DNA of 47,981 nucleotides from a virus (taxonomy: Duplodnaviria > Heunggongvirae > Uroviricota > Caudoviricetes). The notes below the pieces were generated by a model. It was not told the DNA's origin and made no database searches. It worked only from the letters and a program-made list of their open reading frames with translations. The translations under genes were made by a program, and so were the position numbers. The stretch covers positions 150,224 through 198,204 of the IMG/VR virus record IMGVR_UViG_3300022468_000772; one strand, 5' to 3'. Shown here in pieces: positions 25,762 through 33,340 of the stretch; positions within the stretch are counted from its first letter, which is position 1; each line of letters begins with the position of its first letter.

Positions 25762-25789
25762 ATATTAGATCGTATTTGAAGAGTGTCAA
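25762..25789 (-). promoter_or_regulatory. sigma70-type promoter firing into the non-coding gap
   Basis: TTGACA (overlapping the gp4 stop)-N16-TAATAT; predicted +1 near 25755-25756, where the first hairpin begins. Confidence 0.6.
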
Positions 25790-26250
25790 GTTTTAGATGG
25801 TCGCTTTTTCAGACCAAGCTCGTATTCGGTCATGATGATAAAATCAATCCCTCTTTCTTTGCACCAAGCTCTTGCAGCTTTCCATTTTGACATATTTTTT
25901 ACGTATGTCAACACTGCTTCCTGATAGCGCTTTGTGTTTGGATTTTTGGGTGGAACCGGCATCTGTGTTTCGATGAATGGTTTGATTTCCACCAGAAAAG
26001 TCTTAATCTCACCAGTGCGTGTTTTCACCTTGATCAATGCATCTGGAAAGTACCGGTGCATACGCTGATCAGTCTCGCAAAGATATGGTATCACCAATTC
26101 TTCGTTTGCATAGTGCAGCACACTTGGGTTGTTGTCGCATTCATGAAAGAATCTTCGCTCCCAATTGCTTCTCAGCGTAATGTTGTTTGGGTCACCGGCA
26201 TATTTTTCGGGGTTCTTTGGTACCCACTTTTTAACAACTGGTCTAGCCAT
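25786..26250 (-). CDS. gp4: head completion protein (TnsA-like nuclease fold)
   Basis: PKNPEKYAGD, RSNWERRF, EELVIPY, HRYFPD, LVEIKP, KWKAA. Confidence 0.93.
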   Translation of the reverse strand: MARPVVKKWVPKNPEKYAGDPNNITLRSNWERRFFHECDNNPSVLHYANEELVIPYLCETDQRMHRYFPDALIKVKTRTGEIKTFLVEIKPFIETQMPVPPKNPNTKRYQEAVLTYVKNMSKWKAARAWCKERGIDFIIMTEYELGLKKRPSKT

Positions 26251-26428
26251 TATTTCTTAGTTCCTGCTCTCGTTTAAGCGATGATGCAATCATGTCCAAT
26301 TCAAGGGACATTTCCCATGGCATCATGTTCTCTATGCTCTCTGTACTGTAACTGTAGCGATACCTGAGTAGGTGGAGTGCTTTGTACAACTCCCCTAATG
26401 AAATCCTACTCAGGCTTAGAGGAAAAAA
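26243..26428 (-). CDS. gp51: gp51-like baseplate hub/tail assembly chaperone segment; no canonical start, in the -1 frame of gp26 (not in ORF track)
   Basis: FFPLSLSRISLGELYKALHLLRYRYSYSTESIENMMPWEMSLELDMIASSLKREQELRNNG*; YS..EIENM.PWE is the gp51-like signature. Confidence 0.75.
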   Translation of the reverse strand, partial: FFPLSLSRISLGELYKALHLLRYRYSYSTESIENMMPWEMSLELDMIASSLKREQELRNNG

Positions 26429-27093
26429 TTGGTAAATCCTGTGGTGGTTCTATTGTGATCCAGACCACATTTCTTGCACTTGTATTTGCTGTGCAATTGA
26501 ACCATAGGCATCTTTTTAAGGAATGCACTTACCAACTTCTGTTGCCGTGGCGTCATGCTCTCGACAAACTCAATTTTTTCTTCAAGTGACCAATCAAGTG
26601 TCTCTTCATCTGTGTAAACTGCAGTGATGCAATTAGCCACAACTTCAAACGATGCTTCTGCATTTGTCTTGATTAGTTTTGCAAAATCCAGAATGGATGG
26701 ATGCTCAAGTTTTACAGTGTACTGAGTACCTTCGATCTTGAACAAAGTATCCTTTGGTGGCTCTGGTAAAACAGTCGCTTCTGTCACATCAATTTCAAAT
26801 TCTGTTTTCGCGTCTTTGTCGCACGTGCATCCACCAATCATGTCAATCAATTCACCAATTGATTTAGAACGAATCTGGAGATAGATGTACTCCACATCAT
26901 AGTAAGGGATTTTCTTTGGGTCTAGATCGGTGCATGCTGCAATCACGTTGTTGATTGCGATAGCCACGGTATCGATATCAGACTCTTGCAGGGCCAACAA
27001 CAGTGCTTTTTCTTCCTTTACCGTAAAAGGTCTGAAAGTAATTTTCTTACCTGTTGATGGTTGCGTTGTCACATATGTTGGTTGAATGATCAT
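26416..27093 (-). CDS. gp26: baseplate hub assembly protein
   Basis: PSTGKKITFRPFTVKEEKALL, DVEYIYLQIRSKSIGE, C-terminal CKKCG...GFTNFF. Confidence 0.9.
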   Translation of the reverse strand: MIIQPTYVTTQPSTGKKITFRPFTVKEEKALLLALQESDIDTVAIAINNVIAACTDLDPKKIPYYDVEYIYLQIRSKSIGELIDMIGGCTCDKDAKTEFEIDVTEATVLPEPPKDTLFKIEGTQYTVKLEHPSILDFAKLIKTNAEASFEVVANCITAVYTDEETLDWSLEEKIEFVESMTPRQQKLVSAFLKKMPMVQLHSKYKCKKCGLDHNRTTTGFTNFFL

Positions 27094-27764
27094 ATTAATC
27101 TAATTCCTAAATCGGTATAAACTGGTGTTTCGAAATCATAATCGCTTTGCTGAATTTCGAGGTTCGCAGGTTTTGGTTTTGTAATAACTAACGGTTCGGG
27201 AACACTGGTTTTAGCATCCCCTTCAATATTATTCATAGATGTGTAGTAAACATCCTCAAATACAAACTCTACGTTTAAATCAAGAACCGATGCTGCCCCA
27301 GAGAAAGACAATTCTAAGTTGTTAATTGTTTTGGGGTAGACGTTCTTATATTCGTATTTATATGTCACTTCGTCTGCTTGGTTCAACAGATAAAGAGTCA
27401 GTGTAGGTGCAGTATAACTTTCTGGGTAATTAAACTTTCTGTTGTATGGGACAATTAACTGTTTCCATGCATCAAAAAACTGTTTAACCTCAAAATCTTG
27501 ATCAACATAGAAATTCAGAACCAAATTCTGGTAATCGATATCATACGCATATTTTCTCCGCACACCATTTTCTACAAAGTTATCATTGGTAGCCAAAAAC
27601 ATATGCGGTGTCTGTGCAGCATGGCACCACAGTGATGTTAATTCGCTATTAACCTTTCCAGCCAAACCCTCTGGTGGAGTGATAGTCACATAAAAAAGGT
27701 TTTGTCGCGCAATATTACGACTGCGCAGATGCGATGAAAATTCTGATAAGGTAGGTGCTGACAT
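27090..27764 (-). CDS. gp54: baseplate tail tube initiator
   Basis: ARQNLFYVTI, CHAAQTP, LNFYVDQDFEVKQFFDAW, YKNVYP; ATG at 27764 preferred over GTG at 27776. Confidence 0.8.
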   Translation of the reverse strand: MSAPTLSEFSSHLRSRNIARQNLFYVTITPPEGLAGKVNSELTSLWCHAAQTPHMFLATNDNFVENGVRRKYAYDIDYQNLVLNFYVDQDFEVKQFFDAWKQLIVPYNRKFNYPESYTAPTLTLYLLNQADEVTYKYEYKNVYPKTINNLELSFSGAASVLDLNVEFVFEDVYYTSMNNIEGDAKTSVPEPLVITKPKPANLEIQQSDYDFETPVYTDLGIRLI

Positions 27765-27777
27765 TTGTTGCTTCACA

Positions 27778-27799
27778 TTAAATACTTAGAACTATTTAA
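27778..27799. promoter_or_regulatory. overlapping divergent late promoters (TTAAATA on each strand) at the strand switch
   Basis: TTAAATA (27778-27784, +) and TATTTAA (27793-27799, -); resembles the T4 late -10 TATAAATA. Confidence 0.7.
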
Positions 27800-27808
27800 T
27801 GAAGTAAT

Positions 27809-28789
27809 ATGGCAAATACACTCTTACAAGGCAATAAGGTTCTCTCTTACCCACTCAATCTGGCAGCAAATGAGGTGGATGAAAGAGGTGCGCCTGTTCA
27901 ATACATGCTGTTTAAAATCAATGATTCGGTACGCTCACAGAAGTTGCGTGACGATACAGCCACTGGTGATGTCTTGGTTACTGACATGCGTGATGGTACC
28001 GGTATTGCATCTGAATTTGGCTCCGAGGGTGTAGCTTCAAAGAATGCTGATCCGGCGCTTAATATCATGTATGGCTCCGCAGCAGTACAAAAAGAACGTT
28101 GGCGCATCCAGAAGGGTATGAAGCGTCTTGATCGTGCGATTGCGCTCCCTATGCCCAATGAACATACTGTGGGTACTTCGGTTGAATATGATGTTGGTCG
28201 TGAGCAATCACTTTTGACTGCCGCAGTCGATAACCTTGGGCAGCTTAGTCAGGCAGATGGTGCATGGGGTGAACTGGCTAATCTGGGATTGAATAAAGGT
28301 ATTGGCGCTTTTCTTAGTTCAGTTAAGAGTGGGCTTACCAGTGAGCGTGATTTGCTTGCTGAAGAAAGACTGGCGCGGAATCCAAAGAAAGAAGTGATGT
28401 TCAAAGGTCTTGGATATCGACAGTTTTCATTCCGGTTTCAGTTTGCGCCAAAATCTGCTAAAGAATCAGCAGAAGTTACTCGTATTATTGAAACATTTCG
28501 GTATTATGCGTTGCCAGAAATCTCGCCTGGCAAGTTCTTCTACACATTCCCTGCCGAGTTTGAAGTGTCATTTATTCGTGGCACCGAAAACAATCCAAAT
28601 ATTCCAAAAATTGCAACATCGGTATTGAACCGTGTTGGTATTAACTACTCACCAAACTCCAGTTCATGGACAACTTTACCAAATGGCGCACCAGTTGCTA
28701 TTGATATGACTCTCGACTTTACAGAAGTGGTTGTTATCGATAGATCACGTGTTTGGAATAAAGACTCTGTGATCACTTCAGGATACTAA
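27809..28789 (+). CDS. gp48: baseplate tail tube cap
   Basis: LSYPL, AIALPMPN, NPKKEVMFKGLGYRQFSFRFQFAPKS, FPAEF. Confidence 0.9.
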   Translation: MANTLLQGNKVLSYPLNLAANEVDERGAPVQYMLFKINDSVRSQKLRDDTATGDVLVTDMRDGTGIASEFGSEGVASKNADPALNIMYGSAAVQKERWRIQKGMKRLDRAIALPMPNEHTVGTSVEYDVGREQSLLTAAVDNLGQLSQADGAWGELANLGLNKGIGAFLSSVKSGLTSERDLLAEERLARNPKKEVMFKGLGYRQFSFRFQFAPKSAKESAEVTRIIETFRYYALPEISPGKFFYTFPAEFEVSFIRGTENNPNIPKIATSVLNRVGINYSPNSSSWTTLPNGAPVAIDMTLDFTEVVVIDRSRVWNKDSVITSGY

Positions 28790-28790
28790 T

Positions 28791-29324
28791 ATGAGCTATT
28801 TTGAGCAATTTCCAAGCATAACATATGAGCTTGATGACAAGACATATGTTGTGAAAGACATATTCCGTCAAGCCACATTCATTTCGGAATATAAACCAGT
28901 CTCTGATCTGTATGAATCATATGTGATTGTGGATGGCGAAACGCCACATATGCTTGCGGAAAGATTCTATGGATCAGGTGATTATTTCTGGGTCATTCTG
29001 ATTTTCAATAACATTCAAAGTATGTATGTTGACTGGCCTCTCAGTACATATGCGCTTGAACAGTTTTGTCAGCAAAAATACGGTAACTACTGGCAAGGTG
29101 TAAAACACTATGAGAAAGATGGGATCATTGTTGGGGAGTACAAGGAGTTTCATGCTAATTGGGTTCCTCCGACAAATCCAGAACCATCAAATGGATTAAT
29201 CTATCCTGTTTCTTTTTACGATTATGAATCTCTGATTAATGATAAAAAGAGGGAAATAAATATCCTTCGACCTGAATTACTGTCAGAATTTGTATCACAA
29301 TTTAGAGTAGCAATTAATGGCTGA
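28791..29324 (+). CDS. gp53: baseplate wedge subunit
   Basis: MSYFEQFP, YVIVDGETPHMLAERFYG (LysM-like), WVILIFNNI, NDKKREINILRP. Confidence 0.92.
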   Translation: MSYFEQFPSITYELDDKTYVVKDIFRQATFISEYKPVSDLYESYVIVDGETPHMLAERFYGSGDYFWVILIFNNIQSMYVDWPLSTYALEQFCQQKYGNYWQGVKHYEKDGIIVGEYKEFHANWVPPTNPEPSNGLIYPVSFYDYESLINDKKREINILRPELLSEFVSQFRVAING

Positions 29325-30582
29325 AGCAGCAGAAACAATTTCCTTTGTAGGAGAAACGCTTGTAGAACGAGCAGAATTGATATCACATTCCGGCAGAGCA
29401 ATAAACATTACCGGATTGATTGGTACTATCACACTTTTCGAAGATATCTTCTCGCCTACCATGTCTGGTACCGTACTTATTGAAGATGCTCTTGATTTGG
29501 TTTCATCTTTACCTTTACTTGGTCAAGAAAAGATTCGATTTAAGCTGAGAACACCTACTCTAAAAACTGCCATCGAAAAGGAATTCTACGTTTACAAATT
29601 GTTCAATCGCAGCGCTAAGAAGCGTGTGCAATACTACGTATTGGGATTTTGTTCTGACGAATTGATTATCTCTCAAAACACAAAGGTTTCAAAGGCATAT
29701 AGCGGCAAGATTTCCGATACGGTAGCCAAAATTTTCACGGATGAAAAAGGTCTTAACTCTTCAAAACGTCTGTATGTCGATGAAACGAAAAATTCCTACA
29801 GTTTTATTAGCGCATACTGGACACCAATCGAAACCATTAATTGGCTGGCAAACCGTGCTATCAATAAAGATGGTGTACCAAACTACCTTTTCTTCGAGAC
29901 AAATCAAAGCTACGAATTCACTTCTGTGGATACTCTGATCAAGAGTAATCCGGTGCGTGACTACGTTTTCACTGATACCGATGCAAATACCGTATATGGT
30001 GAAAGTGGTAATTTAGAGCAAAAGTACAACGTTGTTCAATCTATCGATACTCACGTAACTTTTGATTATTTGCGTAATCTTTCAAGTGGCATGTATGCGT
30101 CAAGACTTGCCACATTTGATGTAACCAGTAAAACTGTTGATATAACAAATTTTGACTATATTGATGATTTTAACAAAAGTCAACATTTAGAGAAATTCCC
30201 ATTGGTTACCGATACTCTGGCGCGTCGGAAACTGGCATCACTTTATTTCCTAGAAAAGAATAGTTATCTAACTGGTAGTTTTGAGAAACAAAATCAAAAA
30301 GATTATTTCTTACAAAGAAACTCTTTACTTTCTCAATTGAGTGCATTCAAACTCAATTTGGTCGTTTCTGGTAGAACTGATATCAAAGTTGGATCAACTA
30401 TTAAATTAACATTACCGGTATTCCGTGAGATTGTTAAGGGTGAAATTAATACTGACGAAGCAATCTCTGATTACTATAGCGGAAAATATATCATCACTGC
30501 AATCAAACATCAGATCACATCAGGTCAGCACACGATGATGATGGAAGTGGTATCGGATTCTTTTATTAAGGCGTTAACGTGA
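29317..30582 (+). CDS. baseplate hub protein (gp27-like)
   Basis: FEDIFSPTMSG, LLGQEKI, SGKYIITAIKH; sits between gp53 and gp5. Confidence 0.7.
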   Translation: MAEAAETISFVGETLVERAELISHSGRAINITGLIGTITLFEDIFSPTMSGTVLIEDALDLVSSLPLLGQEKIRFKLRTPTLKTAIEKEFYVYKLFNRSAKKRVQYYVLGFCSDELIISQNTKVSKAYSGKISDTVAKIFTDEKGLNSSKRLYVDETKNSYSFISAYWTPIETINWLANRAINKDGVPNYLFFETNQSYEFTSVDTLIKSNPVRDYVFTDTDANTVYGESGNLEQKYNVVQSIDTHVTFDYLRNLSSGMYASRLATFDVTSKTVDITNFDYIDDFNKSQHLEKFPLVTDTLARRKLASLYFLEKNSYLTGSFEKQNQKDYFLQRNSLLSQLSAFKLNLVVSGRTDIKVGSTIKLTLPVFREIVKGEINTDEAISDYYSGKYIITAIKHQITSGQHTMMMEVVSDSFIKALT

Positions 30583-32936
30583 ACAATAATTTTTGGTTTG
30601 GTATTGTTGAATCAAGGGATGACCCGCAGAAGTTAGGTCGTGTACAGGTGCGCGTGTTTGGTGCATACAGTGAGTCTTTGGATAACGTGCCTATGGATAG
30701 TTTGCCATGGGCAATTTGTTTGCAGGGTGCAGATTCTGCAAGCATGTCGGGGATTGGTAAGAGTGCTGTCGGATATCTACCCGGCACCCTTGTCTTTGGC
30801 TATTTTCTTGATGGTGAATTTGCGCAAAATCCTGTCATCCTTGGCTCTGCCCATGGCATCCCTTATAGCAAAACACCATTCTCTCAAGTAAAGAGTGATG
30901 AAGTCGCTAACGCACAACTGGTTCTCAAAAATAACGGTGTCAAAACGACATCCACTGTCACTGCATCTACTACTAACTCACTTGCTGATACAAGTGGGGT
31001 AACCAGTGCCGAACCTACTACAAATATTGTAGCAACGAGTGATGTGAACGCGAAGTTAAAAGCTGCTCTGGGTAAGAAAGAATCGACCAACAATTACAAA
31101 GCAGTCAACCAGCTTGGATACATCGGAAAATACCAGATGGGTGCGCCTATGCTTACCGATTTGGGTTATGTTAAGAAGGGTACAACTAACAAGCAATTGA
31201 ACGATCCTAGTGTGTGGACAGGCAAGGATGGTATCACTTCTAAAGAAGCATTTTTGAATAGCGAAGCAGTGCAAGAAAAAGCTATGGATGCCGAGTTAGA
31301 AATGAACACAAATCGTCTAACCAAAATGGGTGTAATCGATAGTTCAACCACTGATCAAGAACGTGCAGGATTTTTAGCAACCTCCCATCTTTTGGGTACT
31401 GGTGGCGCACGTGATATGAAACGTGGTGTTGTCAAACAGGATGCGAATGGTGTCACTGGTAATGAATACTACAAACTTGGCTATGAGTCAGTCGCCGGTA
31501 AACTTCCTACCGTCGCACCAGATGCAGTAACACCTGATAACCCTGCTAGAACGGCTTCTCCGCTCTCTTCTAATGGTTCTGTATCCAATGTAGATACCCC
31601 AAGTAGTTTCGGCTTCTCAGACCCTTCTGGTAAGTATCCGCTCTACATTCATGAGCAAGACTTCAACCGTCTTGCAAGAAATCAAAATGTAAGCAAGACA
31701 ATCGTTGCTTACAAGGATGCTACACGTGAGAAAAATGTGCGTGGTGCCCATGGTACTTCATGGGAGCAAAGCGATGTTCCTTACAATGCAAAATACCCAT
31801 TCAACTATGTGTACGAGACTGAAGCTGGACATGTTTTTGAGATTGATAATACTCCAAAGAATGAACGTATTCACCAGTTCCATGCAGCAGGCACTTTTAC
31901 TGAAATTGATCGCAATGGTACACGTGTAAACAAGATCGTTGGTGATGATTATGAAATCATCGAACGCAATGGTCACGTGCTGATTAAGGGTAACTTGTCG
32001 GTCACTATCCATGGTGATGCAAACGTCTTGGTTGAGAATAATTGCAACCTCGAAGTCGATGGTAATTTTGACGCACGTGTGGGTGGTGATGCCACGTGGT
32101 CTGTTGGCGGTGATATCAAAATGAAGTCAAACAACTTCCATGTTTCTGCGTCTGAAGTTGCGATGGATTACGACATGATGTGGCTTGATTCCGGTAAGTC
32201 TACTGCAGGTGCTTTGGCGGGTGTTACCGCAGGTGCAAGTGGTGGCGTCAATCTCCCAGAACTGACATTGGAGCCACGTGAATTTGATGAAATTTCTGAC
32301 TTCGAAAGTGATGATGCCACAGACGAAGAAATTGCTGCCCATCGGGAAAAATTAAAGGCAGCGGGTCTTCTGGATGATAACCCTATTGATGCTACTATCG
32401 GTGAAAGCGAAGAGATAGCAAAAAACTATAATGACAGTACGGTTGTGGAGTGTGGTATGTTTGTAAGTGGTAAGTTAAATAATAGTGCATATATCTCGGA
32501 TAACTACCGTCTTGGTGATTTGACCAAGGGTAGAAAAATAGAACCTCAAGGTGGTTTGTCAGATACACAGATTGCATGTAATCTGAAGGCTGTTGCTGTC
32601 AATATCTTGGAAAAGGTGAAGGCAAAGTATCCGAATGTGATTGTTACAAGTGGATATCGTGAGTATTCATCTAATTCGAAGTCACAGCACCCGTTGGGTA
32701 TGGCGGTGGATATTCAGGTGCCGGGCGGTAACTACTTTGAGATTGCCAAGGCTCTTGCTGCTACTCTTGTTTTTGATCAACTCATTCTCGAATATGAAAC
32801 TGATCGCAGAGTGAACGGTGCCCCTGTAACTTGGATTCATATTTCATTCAACCAAAACGGTAATCGCAAGCAAGTGTTTACCATGAACAACCATAAGAGA
32901 ATTTCCGAGTTCGGAGTATTGAAGGTAGTAACTTAA
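30579..32936 (+). CDS. gp5: baseplate hub / tail spike with lysozyme-like and C-terminal M15 peptidase domains
   Basis: OB-fold GIVESRDDPQKLGRVQVR; KES.NNY...GYIGKYQMG; YPFNYVYETEAGH; VxG beta-helix repeats; TSGYR..SQHPLGMAVD..WIHISF. Confidence 0.9.
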   Translation: MNNNFWFGIVESRDDPQKLGRVQVRVFGAYSESLDNVPMDSLPWAICLQGADSASMSGIGKSAVGYLPGTLVFGYFLDGEFAQNPVILGSAHGIPYSKTPFSQVKSDEVANAQLVLKNNGVKTTSTVTASTTNSLADTSGVTSAEPTTNIVATSDVNAKLKAALGKKESTNNYKAVNQLGYIGKYQMGAPMLTDLGYVKKGTTNKQLNDPSVWTGKDGITSKEAFLNSEAVQEKAMDAELEMNTNRLTKMGVIDSSTTDQERAGFLATSHLLGTGGARDMKRGVVKQDANGVTGNEYYKLGYESVAGKLPTVAPDAVTPDNPARTASPLSSNGSVSNVDTPSSFGFSDPSGKYPLYIHEQDFNRLARNQNVSKTIVAYKDATREKNVRGAHGTSWEQSDVPYNAKYPFNYVYETEAGHVFEIDNTPKNERIHQFHAAGTFTEIDRNGTRVNKIVGDDYEIIERNGHVLIKGNLSVTIHGDANVLVENNCNLEVDGNFDARVGGDATWSVGGDIKMKSNNFHVSASEVAMDYDMMWLDSGKSTAGALAGVTAGASGGVNLPELTLEPREFDEISDFESDDATDEEIAAHREKLKAAGLLDDNPIDATIGESEEIAKNYNDSTVVECGMFVSGKLNNSAYISDNYRLGDLTKGRKIEPQGGLSDTQIACNLKAVAVNILEKVKAKYPNVIVTSGYREYSSNSKSQHPLGMAVDIQVPGGNYFEIAKALAATLVFDQLILEYETDRRVNGAPVTWIHISFNQNGNRKQVFTMNNHKRISEFGVLKVVT

Positions 32937-33334
32937 TGGCAACAATTAACGTCACGACAAGAGAATTTACAGATTTTGATCTAGGGTTTGCAATACACCC
33001 TATCAGCAAAAATCTGTCGCTCAAAAAGAATCAGAATGCGATTAAGCAATCTGTTCTTAATCTTTTGCGTATGAAAAAGGGTGATAAGCCACATCACCCA
33101 GAAATATATTCTCCAGTTGGTGACTATCTATTTGAAAACCTTTCTGCAGCAACGAAATTGGTACTTGAAGGTGAAATATACGACTTCCTTACTCTCTATG
33201 AGCCTCGAATTGATATCACTTCGGTGAAGGTTGCATATCCCGATCCAAACTCAATTGATGTTACCGTGAATGCCGTGATAGTCAACACAACTACACCTGT
33301 CACAATAAATACTCTAATAGAACGTTTACGCTAA
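32936..33334 (+). CDS. gp25: baseplate wedge subunit
   Basis: FTDFDLGF, AIKQSVLNL, GDKPHHPEI, YEPRI. Confidence 0.92.
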   Translation: MATINVTTREFTDFDLGFAIHPISKNLSLKKNQNAIKQSVLNLLRMKKGDKPHHPEIYSPVGDYLFENLSAATKLVLEGEIYDFLTLYEPRIDITSVKVAYPDPNSIDVTVNAVIVNTTTPVTINTLIERLR

Positions 33335-33340
33335 ATAAAA

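Noticed and set aside
25786-26250. TnsA-like nuclease motif suggesting a transposon
   Set aside because: It is the conserved T4-like head completion protein gp4; no terminal repeats or other Tns genes
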